DNA from: Flavobacterium sp.
GTDB taxonomy: Bacteria > Bacteroidota > Bacteroidia > Flavobacteriales > Flavobacteriaceae
NCBI RefSeq assembly: GCF_040402955.1
Contig: NZ_JBBALQ010000006.1
Span: 679 to 64,678 of the forward strand
Length of the DNA: 64,000 nt
Reading direction: 5' to 3'
Below are positions 18,647 to 27,610 of this stretch, one piece after another; the first letter of the stretch is position 1, and each line of letters begins with the position of its first letter. Under the pieces are notes generated by a model that was not told the DNA's origin, searched no databases, and worked only from the letters and a program-made list of their open reading frames with translations. The translations under genes were made by a program, and so were the position numbers.

Positions 18647-19994
18647 AACATTAATTGGTAGTGAAGAATGGTGTTCGTTCCCACAATTAGGAATTCCCGC
18701 TATAAAAGCACGAGTAGATTCTGGAGCTAAAACATCTGCATTACATGCAATAAATATTAAAACTTTTGATAAAAATGGAGAAGAATGGTTGAAATTTGAT
18801 ATCAATCCAATACAGAATAATTCAAAATCTATTATTCATTGTGAAGCACAATTAATTGACCAAAGAATTGTAAAAAGTTCCAACGGTACAAGAGAAAAAA
18901 GATACGTAATTCGAACAGAAGTAGGATTAGGCATCCATAATTGGCAAGTTGAGGTCACACTTACCAATAGAGATTCTATGGGTTTCAGGATGCTGCTTGG
19001 AAGAGAAGCCATGGTAGGAAGATTGATTGTAGATCCCGAAAAAAAGTTTGAATTAGGACAACCAACAACAGAAAATTTAAAAGAATACTATTATAGTGAA
19101 CCTGAGAAAAAAGGTTTAAAAATTGGATTGTTAGCGAGTAATCCTGACTTATATAGCAACCGAAGAATTATTGAAGCCGGAGAAATGCGTGGACATGAAA
19201 TGCATTTTTTAAACATCAAATATTGTTACATGAAATTGAGTGCTTCTAATCCAGAAATTCACTATCGCGGCGGTTTGGTTTTAAAAGATTTTGATGCCAT
19301 AATTCCTCGAATTCGACCAAGTATGACCTATTATGGTTGTGCTTTAACCAGACAATTTGAAGCACTAAAAGTGTATGCTTTAAACAACGCTGCGGCTATC
19401 ACACAATCAAGAGATAAATTATTTTCACTTCAATTATTATTGAATAATGAAGTAGATATACCCACTACAGGTTTCGCAAATTCACCTTTAGACACCGACG
19501 ATTTAATAAAAATGGTTGGTGGTTCACCTTTAATTGTGAAATTACTTGAAGGAACACAAGGAAAAGGAGTAGTTTTAGCTGAAACTAAAAAAGCTGCCGA
19601 ATCCGTTATTAATGCCTTTAAAAGCTTGAATGCTAATATCTTAGTGCAAGAATTTATTAAAGAAGCCAACGGAAAAGATTTACGTTTATTTGTAGTAGAC
19701 GGAAAAGTAGTAGCTGCCATGCAACGAGAAGCGGCTCCTGGCGAATTTCGAGCCAACATTCATTTAGGTGGAACAGCTTCTATCGTAAAAGTTACTGCTG
19801 ATGAAAAAAGAATTGCCATAAAAGCAGCCAAAGCGATGAATTTGAAAGTAGCAGGAGTAGATATTATTCGTTCATCTAAAGGACCTTTGTTATTAGAAGT
19901 AAATTCATCTCCTGGATTAGAAGGAATTGAAGGCGCCACTCAAAAAGATATTGCTGGTGAAATGATAAAAGCTATCGAAAAAAACATTAAGTAA
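18636..19994 (+). CDS. rimK: Fusion protein: retropepsin-like 'ATP-dependent zinc protease' (RimB/DUF785-type) domain plus RimK-family alpha-L-glutamate ligase
   Basis: The N-terminus reads [32 protein letters not shown]. The C-terminal half is an ATP-grasp domain typical of RimK. The ATG at 18636 overlaps the M1 stop by 11 nt. Confidence 0.75.
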   Translation: MQDKTLIGSEEWCSFPQLGIPAIKARVDSGAKTSALHAINIKTFDKNGEEWLKFDINPIQNNSKSIIHCEAQLIDQRIVKSSNGTREKRYVIRTEVGLGIHNWQVEVTLTNRDSMGFRMLLGREAMVGRLIVDPEKKFELGQPTTENLKEYYYSEPEKKGLKIGLLASNPDLYSNRRIIEAGEMRGHEMHFLNIKYCYMKLSASNPEIHYRGGLVLKDFDAIIPRIRPSMTYYGCALTRQFEALKVYALNNAAAITQSRDKLFSLQLLLNNEVDIPTTGFANSPLDTDDLIKMVGGSPLIVKLLEGTQGKGVVLAETKKAAESVINAFKSLNANILVQEFIKEANGKDLRLFVVDGKVVAAMQREAAPGEFRANIHLGGTASIVKVTADEKRIAIKAAKAMNLKVAGVDIIRSSKGPLLLEVNSSPGLEGIEGATQKDIAGEMIKAIEKNIK

Positions 19995-19997
19995 AAT

Positions 19998-20180
19998 ATG
20001 CAAAATAATTTCAAAAAACTTTTACTAATTATTATTGCTTGCAGTTTCGTTGTAGCCACAGGTGCCTTATTCAAAATTATGAAATGGCCAGGCGCCACTT
20101 TAATTATAAGTTTTGGATTGGTTTTAGAAATTATTTTTGGTGCTGCAATTATGATTTATTTAGTAAAAAACAAGAAGTAA
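19998..20180 (+). CDS. Small two-helix membrane protein
   Basis: 60 aa with two hydrophobic segments. The GALFKIMKWPGA motif reminds me of GldL-like N-terminal helices (unverified). It starts 3 nt after the rimK stop. Confidence 0.5.
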   Translation: MQNNFKKLLLIIIACSFVVATGALFKIMKWPGATLIISFGLVLEIIFGAAIMIYLVKNKK

Positions 20181-20183
20181 AAA

Positions 20184-20357
20184 CTAGTGTCTAATTCCTT
20201 TCCAGGTTCCGCAGTATTTATAATGTTCTAATTTCTGAAATTTTTCGCAACACATTTTACATACAAATATCCAGTTTTTTCCTTTTTCAATTTGCACTCT
20301 AAAGAGAATAATATTTTCAATTTTGCACTTTTCGCATAACTTGGATTTCACACTCAA
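20184..20357 (-). CDS. Candidate unannotated Cys-rich small protein (zinc-ribbon-like), TTG or GTG start
   Basis: My own translation gives LSVKSKLCEKCKIENIILFRVQIEKGKNWIFVCKMCCEKFQKLEHYKYCGTWKGIRH*. These are 57 open codons in AT-rich DNA with a CxxC...CxxCC pattern. The ORF fills the whole gap between hutH and the convergent gene. It is below the 60-aa cut-off of the ORF track. Confidence 0.45.
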   Translation of the reverse strand: MSVKSKLCEKCKIENIILFRVQIEKGKNWIFVCKMCCEKFQKLEHYKYCGTWKGIRH

Positions 20358-20363
20358 TTTTTT

Positions 20364-21851
20364 TTAAGCTTCCACTTGAAAACTCTTCAAAAACTGAATT
20401 GATTTTTGAATATCGTAATGTAATATTCTATCTTCTGTAACTAAAGGCACTTCTTCACGATAGGTTTTAACAAACATTTCAATGAAATCACTGGATTTTA
20501 AAGGTCTTCTAAATTCGATAGCTTGTGAAGCATTAAATAATTCAATAGCTAAAATACGTTCCAAATTTTCAATGATTTTTAATGTTTTCGTAGCTGCATT
20601 TGCTCCCATACTTACATGATCTTCTTGTCCATTGCTCGATACAATACTATCAATACTTGCGGGAGTTGCTAATTGTTTGTTCTGACTAACAATGCTTGCT
20701 GCGGTATATTGCGGAATCATAAATCCGGAATTTAATCCAGGATTACTGACTAAAAATGCAGGTAGTTCTCTTAATCCGGAAATTAATTGGTAGGTTCTTC
20801 TTTCCGAAATGCTTCCTAATTCTGCCAAAGCAATTCCTAAATAATCTAAAGCCATCGCTAAAGGTTGTCCGTGAAAATTTCCACCAGAAATAATTTCATC
20901 TTCACCTACAAAAATATTTGGATTGTCAGTTACCGAATTAATTTCGGTAGTAAATACTTTTTTTACGTGGTCAATTACATCTTTAGAGGCACCGTGAACT
21001 TGCGGAATACATCTAAAAGAATACGGGTCTTGTACGTGTTTTTTTGGTTGGGCAATAATTTCACTATCTTCTAATAATTCTAGCATATGAGCTGCTGTCG
21101 TTAATTGCCCATTATGAGGTCGAACTAAATGAATTAATTCATTAAAAGGCTCTTTTCTGCCATCAAATCCTTCTAAAGAAACTACGGAAACAATGTTTGC
21201 TAAATGGGCTAATTTATCGGCTTGAATTAAATTGTACACACCATAAGCACTCATAAATTGCGTACCATTTAATAAAGCCAACCCTTCTTTTGATTTTAAT
21301 GTAATAGGAGATAAGTTCAATTTTTCTAAAACTTTGTGCGCTGGTTGACGGAATCCATCGTAATACACTTCGCCTTCATTTATTAATGGTAAACATAAAT
21401 GAGCTAAAGGCGATAAATCGCCACTTGCTCCTAAAGAACCTTGTGTGTAAACTACAGGTAAAATTTCATTATTATAAAAATCAATTAATCTATTAACGGT
21501 TACTAATTGCACACCTGAATGTCCATAACTCAAAGATTGAATTTTTAATAACAGCATTATTTTCACAATCTCGTGTGGTACTTCGTCACCGGTACCACAA
21601 GCATGAGATTTCATTAAGTTTTCTTGAAGTTTGGTTAAATTTTCAGTCGAAATTTTAATATTGTATAACGAACCAAAACCAGTGTTAATTCCGTAAATAG
21701 CTTTGTCGTTTGAGGCCATTTTTTCATCTAAATACGTTCTACATCGTTCAATTTTTGAAATAGCTTCTTCTGAAAGGGCTAATTTTTTTCCTTCAAAAAT
21801 AATTTCTCTAACTTTTTCTATTGTAAGTACTGATGAATCTATATAATGCAT
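20364..21851 (-). CDS. hutH: Histidine ammonia-lyase
   Basis: MIO-forming GASGDLSPLAHL motif. The selectivity region LMKSHACG has the Ser-His typical of HAL rather than TAL or PAL. Confidence 0.9.
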   Translation of the reverse strand: MHYIDSSVLTIEKVREIIFEGKKLALSEEAISKIERCRTYLDEKMASNDKAIYGINTGFGSLYNIKISTENLTKLQENLMKSHACGTGDEVPHEIVKIMLLLKIQSLSYGHSGVQLVTVNRLIDFYNNEILPVVYTQGSLGASGDLSPLAHLCLPLINEGEVYYDGFRQPAHKVLEKLNLSPITLKSKEGLALLNGTQFMSAYGVYNLIQADKLAHLANIVSVVSLEGFDGRKEPFNELIHLVRPHNGQLTTAAHMLELLEDSEIIAQPKKHVQDPYSFRCIPQVHGASKDVIDHVKKVFTTEINSVTDNPNIFVGEDEIISGGNFHGQPLAMALDYLGIALAELGSISERRTYQLISGLRELPAFLVSNPGLNSGFMIPQYTAASIVSQNKQLATPASIDSIVSSNGQEDHVSMGANAATKTLKIIENLERILAIELFNASQAIEFRRPLKSSDFIEMFVKTYREEVPLVTEDRILHYDIQKSIQFLKSFQVEA

Positions 21852-22017
21852 TTGATTTTGTTTTAGCTGTCAAAATTCTACAAACAAATTCTAAAATGCA
21901 ACTATTTTCAGTATTAAAACAATATTTTGTGAATTTCTTACTATTTATGGGTTTTTGGCTTTATTTTTTTAAGAATTTTCAATACATTAGCAACTTTAAA
22001 TTTTATAAAATCGTACA

Positions 22018-23100
22018 ATGAAAAATACAGCATTAACAGCTATTCACGAAAGTTTAGGAGCAAAAATGGTTCCGTTTGCAGGTTACAATATGCCTGTTCA
22101 ATATGAAGGAGTAAACGCAGAACACGAAACGGTACGAACTGGAGTTGGGGTTTTTGATGTATCGCACATGGGAGAATTTTTCTTAAAAGGAGAAAATGCA
22201 TTGGCGTTAATTCAAAAAGTAACATCAAATGATGCTTCTAAGTTAGTAGATGGAAAAGCACAATATTCTTGTTTGCCAAATAATGAAGGTGGAATTGTTG
22301 ATGATTTAATTGTATACAAAATCGCAGACAATCATTATATGTTGGTGGTAAATGCCTCTAATATTGAAAAAGATTGGAATTGGATTTCATCTCACAATGA
22401 TTTAGGAGTAGAGATGCAAAATCTTTCGGATGGATATTCTTTGTTAGCCATTCAAGGACCAAAAGCCGCTGAAGCGATGCAAAGTTTAACTTCGATAGAT
22501 TTACCAAATATGGGATATTACACGTTTCAAATTGGTGAATTTGCAGGAAAACAAGATGTTATTGTTTCTGCTACAGGCTATACGGGTTCTGGTGGATTTG
22601 AAATTTATTTTAAAAACGAAGACGCAATTACTATTTGGGCAAAAGTTTTTGAAGCTGGAGCGGCTTTCGGAATTAAACCAATTGGTTTAGCGGCTCGTGA
22701 TACTTTACGATTAGAAATGGGATTCTGTTTATACGGAAACGACATAAATGATACTACTTCTCCTTTAGAAGCTGGTTTGGGTTGGATTACGAAATTCGAA
22801 AAAGAATTTACCAATTCAGAAAACTTGAAACAACAAAAAGAAGCGGGTGTTTCTAAAAAATTAGTTGGTTTTGAAATGATTGATAGAGGCATTCCACGTC
22901 ATGATTATGAAATTGCAGATGCTAATGGAAATGTAGTAGGAATTGTAACTTCTGGAACACAATCGCCAAGTTTAGGAATTGCAATTGGAATGGGATATGT
23001 TCCAACAGCATTAGCAACACCAGAATCTGAGATTTATATTAGAATTAGAAATAAAGATATTAAAGCAAAAGTGGTTAAATTGCCATTTTTGAAGAAATAG
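22018..23100 (+). CDS. gcvT: Glycine cleavage system aminomethyltransferase GcvT
   Basis: 360 aa with conserved T-protein sequence (..[33 protein letters not shown]..). Confidence 0.95.
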   Translation: MKNTALTAIHESLGAKMVPFAGYNMPVQYEGVNAEHETVRTGVGVFDVSHMGEFFLKGENALALIQKVTSNDASKLVDGKAQYSCLPNNEGGIVDDLIVYKIADNHYMLVVNASNIEKDWNWISSHNDLGVEMQNLSDGYSLLAIQGPKAAEAMQSLTSIDLPNMGYYTFQIGEFAGKQDVIVSATGYTGSGGFEIYFKNEDAITIWAKVFEAGAAFGIKPIGLAARDTLRLEMGFCLYGNDINDTTSPLEAGLGWITKFEKEFTNSENLKQQKEAGVSKKLVGFEMIDRGIPRHDYEIADANGNVVGIVTSGTQSPSLGIAIGMGYVPTALATPESEIYIRIRNKDIKAKVVKLPFLKK

Positions 23101-23112
23101 ACGAATTAATGA

Positions 23113-23146
23113 TTAAAAAAAAACCTGCTAATTAGCAGGTTTTTTT
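23113..23146. terminator. Bidirectional palindromic terminator, copy 1 of an identical 34-nt element
   Basis: The sequence is tt, a 9-nt A-run, cctgctaattagcagg, then a 7-nt T-run. It contains the last 5 codons and the stop (KKPAN*) of the minus-strand gene. Confidence 0.85.
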
Positions 23147-24018
23147 ACGATTGTTATGGATGCTTCTTCATCTTTATTCAAAGTGGCTAATAATTCAAAA
23201 CTTCTATTTTTATCGTGAAGTTCTAATTTTGCGGTATTAGGTTTTATTTTTCCTTCGTTTACAGCTACAATTTTAAAAACATCGTTTTTACCAATTAAAG
23301 TGATATTTATAGTTTTCTTTTTGTTAGTTACTGAATATTCAGATAAAATTAATTTATTATTGTGATATACGTTTATAATATCGCCATCTTCTTGTCCGTT
23401 ATCCCAAATATCTAATTTTAAAACACTAGATTCCCAAAACACATTTAAATTTTGATCTTTGCTTAATTTATTAATTTTTAAGCTATCAATAAGTTTAATT
23501 GGGTTGGATTCGCTCTTAGTTTTAGCATCTATTTTTTTAGAACCTTGTAATTTTTTATTTACTTTATTTACTAAATTATAAATTTTATTACTACCAATTA
23601 AAGACATTGTTCCATCAATACATTTGGTTTTATTATTAAATAAACCTTTGAAAGCACCTTCTAATTTACTTGTATTTTCAACTAATTTTACTTTTCCTGA
23701 AAAATTTACAAAACAAAACGAATTTTCATCAAATTTTGATTTTGTATATAATATTTCTTTCTCTTGAAATGAAAATTGCTTTTTAGATTTGTCATAAGAA
23801 CCACTAATTACATTCTTAGTTTCGTGTGCTCCATCTAAATCAGTAACGGAATAACCACTAATTTTACCGTTTTGTTCAGTAAAAACTAATCGGTATGTGA
23901 TGATGGTTTTATCGTTTCCATTTAATTTTAATGCACCGTAGAATTCGTAATTTACTTGGGAATAACTAGTTAAGTAAAATAGTGGAAAAAAAATTGAAAA
24001 AAATTTTATGTTTTTCAT
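23128..24018 (-). CDS. Hypothetical secreted protein
   Basis: Signal peptide MKNIKFFSIFFPLFYLTSYSQ. The C-terminal domain has WDNGQEDGDIINV...NEGKIKPNTA motifs seen in other Bacteroidota surface proteins (from recollection). Confidence 0.6.
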   Translation of the reverse strand: MKNIKFFSIFFPLFYLTSYSQVNYEFYGALKLNGNDKTIITYRLVFTEQNGKISGYSVTDLDGAHETKNVISGSYDKSKKQFSFQEKEILYTKSKFDENSFCFVNFSGKVKLVENTSKLEGAFKGLFNNKTKCIDGTMSLIGSNKIYNLVNKVNKKLQGSKKIDAKTKSESNPIKLIDSLKINKLSKDQNLNVFWESSVLKLDIWDNGQEDGDIINVYHNNKLILSEYSVTNKKKTINITLIGKNDVFKIVAVNEGKIKPNTAKLELHDKNRSFELLATLNKDEEASITIVKKPAN

Positions 24019-24069
24019 TGCAGATTGAGTTAAATTATTATTTTTGTGTAAATCTAAAACATTTTTTTT

Positions 24070-24438
24070 ATGAAAATCAAATTATTTTTATCAGCTTTAA
24101 TGCTGATGGTTGGAACGTTAACGGCTACTTATGCATCGTTCCCAGTTCAAAGAACTACCTCTAACAACACAAACACAACTGTAGTTGTTGAAAACCAAGA
24201 AGACGAATTATCTTCTCCTGCAATTGCTGGTGACGGAAAAAGTCAAATTATTGCTTTAGTACTTGTTGCTTTAGTAGGTGGATTAGGAATTCACAGATTT
24301 TATTTAGGATACACTTGGCAAGGTGTTGTTCAATTGCTTACAGCTGGTGGTTGTGGTGTTTGGGCATTAATTGACCTAGTTAGAATCATTACAGGTGATT
24401 TACAACCTAAAAATGGTGGTTATTCTAAAACACTATAA
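24070..24438 (+). CDS. TM2 domain-containing membrane protein
   Basis: GGLGIHRFYLGYTWQGVVQLLTAGGCGVWALIDLVRI is a TM2 signature. Confidence 0.8.
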   Translation: MKIKLFLSALMLMVGTLTATYASFPVQRTTSNNTNTTVVVENQEDELSSPAIAGDGKSQIIALVLVALVGGLGIHRFYLGYTWQGVVQLLTAGGCGVWALIDLVRIITGDLQPKNGGYSKTL

Positions 24439-24443
24439 TAAAA

Positions 24444-24770
24444 ATGTTTCGTAAATTATTTTTTTACACTTCTAATATAGTTACAATTGTAGCTCCTATT
24501 GTGTTATTGTTTTTACCAGCAACTTTTTTCGATAAAGGAGAAAGTGTTTGTTTATCTGTACAACTTGCGAATATGCAATGTTATGCATGTGGTATGACAA
24601 AAGCGGTAATTCATTTCATTCATTTTGATTTTGAGGGTGCCTGGGAGTTTAATAAACTTTCATTTATTGTAGTGCCTATGTTAGTTCCAATGTGGATTAA
24701 ATCAATTTACGACATTCAGGGTAAAAAAATGCCTGGAATTATAGGAAGATTATCTTATGCTAATAAATAA
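24444..24770 (+). CDS. DUF2752 domain-containing membrane protein
   Basis: CYACGMTKA motif and size. It sits 5 nt after the TM2 gene. Confidence 0.65.
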   Translation: MFRKLFFYTSNIVTIVAPIVLLFLPATFFDKGESVCLSVQLANMQCYACGMTKAVIHFIHFDFEGAWEFNKLSFIVVPMLVPMWIKSIYDIQGKKMPGIIGRLSYANK

Positions 24771-24803
24771 TAATATAATTAATTATTAATATAAAGTAAA
24801 GTT

Positions 24804-24837
24804 TTAAAAAAAAACCTGCTAATTAGCAGGTTTTTTT
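24804..24837. terminator. Bidirectional palindromic terminator, copy 2 (identical to 23113-23146)
   Basis: The same 34 nt. It again encodes KKPAN* at the end of the minus-strand gene (clpC-like). Confidence 0.85.
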
Positions 24838-27368
24838 GTTTTCTCTATAGTTACAATTAATTCTTGTGAAGCGTCTTCTAAATCCATGAAAATTTCATCG
24901 CCTTCATGAATTTTAGAGGTGATAATTTCTTCTGCAAGTGCATCTTCAACATATTTCTGGATGGCTCTTTTTAATGGTCGTGCTCCAAATTGTTTGTCAA
25001 ATCCTTTTTCGGCAATAAAATCTTTAGCTTTTTCAGAAATGGTAAACGTATATCCTAAATCTTTAATACGTAAAATAAGTTTTTCCATTTCAATATCGAT
25101 GATTTTATCAATATCATGTTTTTCTAAACTATTAAATACAATTACATCATCAATTCGGTTTAAGAATTCGGGTGCAAATGCTTTTTTCAGGGCGTTTTCA
25201 ATTACCGATTTGTTGTAATCATCTGCTTGAGCTGTTTTTGCAGCCGTTCCAAAACCAACACCTTGTCCAAAGTCTTTTAATTGACGGGCACCAATATTGG
25301 AAGTCATGATAATTATGGTATTTCTAAAATCGATTTTTCTACCCAAACTATCTGTTAAAAAACCATCGTCTAATACTTGTAACATCATGTTAAAAACATC
25401 TGGATGTGCTTTTTCTATTTCGTCTAGTAATACAACAGCGTAAGGTTTTCTTCTAATTTTTTCAGTTAATTGGCCGCCTTCTTCGTAGCCAACATATCCT
25501 GGAGGTGCACCAACTAAACGTGAAATTGCGAATTTTTCCATATATTCACTCATGTCGATACGAATTAGCGCCTCTTCAGAATCAAATAATTCTTTAGCTA
25601 ACACTTTAGCCAATTGCGTTTTTCCCACGCCTGTAGAGCCTAAAAATATAAAGGAACCAATTGGTTTGTTAGGATCTTTTAAACCCGCTCGGTTTCTTTG
25701 AATAGATTTGGCTATTTTTTGTACGGCTTCGTCTTGACCAATTACTTTTCCTTTAATCAGTTCAGGTAATTTAGCCAGTTTGTTACTTTCTGTTTGTGCA
25801 ATTCTGTTTACAGGTATGCCTGTCATCATAGAAACCACGTCTGCAACATTGTCTTCGGTTACTTCTACACGATTTAATTTTGAATCCTGTTCCCATTTTT
25901 CTTGTGCAATGGCTAAATCTTTTTCAATTTTCTTTTCATCGTCGCGTAATTTTGCCGCTTCTTCAAATTTTTGTTTTTTAACCACTGTGTTTTTTAATTC
26001 GCGAACTTCTTCTAATTGTTTTTCCAGTTCTAAAATTTGTTTTGGGACTTCAATATTAGTAATGTGCACACGAGAACCTGCCTCATCTAAAGCATCGATA
26101 GCTTTATCTGGTAAAAAACGGTCGGTCATGTATCTACTAGTAAGTTTTACACAGGCTTCAATAGCTTCCGGTGTATAGGTAACATTATGATGGTCTTCGT
26201 ATTTTCCCTTAATATTATTCAAAATCAGGATGGTTTCATCCACAGTTGTTGGCTCTACAATTACTTTCTGAAAGCGTCTTTCCAAAGCGCCATCTTTCTC
26301 AATATACTGTCTATATTCATCTAAAGTGGTAGCACCCACACATTGTATTTCTCCTCTTGCTAAAGCGGGTTTAAACATATTACTGGCATCAAGCGAACCT
26401 GTAGCACCACCTGCTCCAACAATAGTATGAATTTCATCTATAAATAAAATAATATCATCGTTTTTTTCCAGCTCATTCATAACCGCTTTCATGCGTTCTT
26501 CAAATTGACCGCGATATTTTGTTCCAGCAACTAAAGACGCTAAATCTAAGGTTACTACTCGCTTATTAAATAATATACGAGATACTTTTTTCTTAACAAT
26601 CATTATCGCCAAACCTTCAGCAATAGCGGATTTTCCAACACCGGGTTCTCCAATTAAAAGCGGGTTGTTCTTCTTTCTTCGACTCAAAATTTGCGATACG
26701 CGTTCAATTTCTTTTTCTCGTCCCACAACGGGGTCTAGTTTTCCGTCTTCTGCCATTTCAGTTAAATCTCTTCCGAAATTATCTAATACAGGCGTTTTCG
26801 ACTTTTTAGTCGTTTTGCTACCACTATTACTTGGTGGAGTTGGAGTGCTATCTTTAAAATTATCTTCGCCAGAATCGTCAAAACTTTCTGCTCTTGGCGA
26901 ATTTTTTAAAATCTCGTCATTTTCACTATTGTTTAGGCTCATATATATATCTTTTACATTGTCATAATTTATTTTCAGCTTGTTTAACAACTTAGTTGTA
27001 GGGTCGTTTTCATTTTTTAGCATACACAACAACAACAAAGCCGTGCTAATTGAAGTGGTATTGAAAACTTTAGCTTCTAAAAACGTGTATTTTAATGCTC
27101 TTTCTGCTTGACGCGTTAGGTGCAAGTTTTTTTTATCGTTATTTGATATTCCGTTTGGGTTTGCCGGACTTAAAATTTCTACTTTTTTTCTTAGTAAATC
27201 AAAGTTAATATTTAAAAAATTCAAAATATCAATTGCACTACCATTTCCATCTCGTAACATACCTAAAATTAAGTGCTCAGTACCAATAAAATCGTGGCCC
27301 AAACGTAAGGCTTCTTCTTTACTGAATTGTATAACATCTTTAACTCTTGGCGAAAAATTATCTTCCAT
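24819..27368 (-). CDS. clpC: ATP-dependent Clp protease ATP-binding subunit (ClpC/ClpA-type AAA+ chaperone)
   Basis: Clp_N repeats, two Walker A motifs (GEPGVGKS and GSTGVGKT) and a UVR-like linker; 849 aa. Confidence 0.9.
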   Translation of the reverse strand: MEDNFSPRVKDVIQFSKEEALRLGHDFIGTEHLILGMLRDGNGSAIDILNFLNINFDLLRKKVEILSPANPNGISNNDKKNLHLTRQAERALKYTFLEAKVFNTTSISTALLLLCMLKNENDPTTKLLNKLKINYDNVKDIYMSLNNSENDEILKNSPRAESFDDSGEDNFKDSTPTPPSNSGSKTTKKSKTPVLDNFGRDLTEMAEDGKLDPVVGREKEIERVSQILSRRKKNNPLLIGEPGVGKSAIAEGLAIMIVKKKVSRILFNKRVVTLDLASLVAGTKYRGQFEERMKAVMNELEKNDDIILFIDEIHTIVGAGGATGSLDASNMFKPALARGEIQCVGATTLDEYRQYIEKDGALERRFQKVIVEPTTVDETILILNNIKGKYEDHHNVTYTPEAIEACVKLTSRYMTDRFLPDKAIDALDEAGSRVHITNIEVPKQILELEKQLEEVRELKNTVVKKQKFEEAAKLRDDEKKIEKDLAIAQEKWEQDSKLNRVEVTEDNVADVVSMMTGIPVNRIAQTESNKLAKLPELIKGKVIGQDEAVQKIAKSIQRNRAGLKDPNKPIGSFIFLGSTGVGKTQLAKVLAKELFDSEEALIRIDMSEYMEKFAISRLVGAPPGYVGYEEGGQLTEKIRRKPYAVVLLDEIEKAHPDVFNMMLQVLDDGFLTDSLGRKIDFRNTIIIMTSNIGARQLKDFGQGVGFGTAAKTAQADDYNKSVIENALKKAFAPEFLNRIDDVIVFNSLEKHDIDKIIDIEMEKLILRIKDLGYTFTISEKAKDFIAEKGFDKQFGARPLKRAIQKYVEDALAEEIITSKIHEGDEIFMDLEDASQELIVTIEKTKKPAN

Positions 27369-27610
27369 AAAACACGTAAACTTTTTTAAAAATGACCATA
27401 ATAATCTGAATTTTCAACAATTATTATGCATACTGCTAATTGACAAAAAAAAATCGAGAAATAAAAGTAAATTAACTTTTTATTTATTAATATTTTCTTC
27501 AATTATTGTTGATAAGTATTTTGATTTTCTTGTAAATTTTATGGTTAAAAAATGCAAAAAATCGTATATTGGCACGTTAAAAAAAATCAGTAAAAATTAA
27601 ATGAAAACCT

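Noticed and set aside
20184-20366. Stop-codon read-through or a sequencing error fusing hutH to the in-frame Cys-rich ORF.
   Set aside because: HutH is already full length (495 aa, ending like other HALs), and the small ORF has plausible TTG/GTG starts. I therefore kept it as a separate candidate gene. Read-through cannot be formally excluded.
20364-21851. hutH as a tyrosine or phenylalanine ammonia-lyase (flexirubin-type TAL).
   Set aside because: The substrate-selectivity position reads Ser-His (KSHACG), as in genuine histidine ammonia-lyases, not His-Leu (TAL) or Phe-Leu (PAL).
21852-22017. Possible glycine riboswitch upstream of gcvT, and the 62-aa ORF at 21833-22021.
   Set aside because: The conserved glycine-aptamer cores (GGAGAG ... 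CACCG type) are not visible. The region is plain AT-rich promoter DNA. The ORF is hydrophobic low-complexity and overlaps both flanking genes.
27397-27428. 9-bp inverted repeat cataataat-N14-attattatg upstream of clpC, as a heat-shock operator (CIRCE/CtsR-like).
   Set aside because: It has no resemblance to the CIRCE or CtsR consensus, and it is pure A/T sequence likely to arise by chance.
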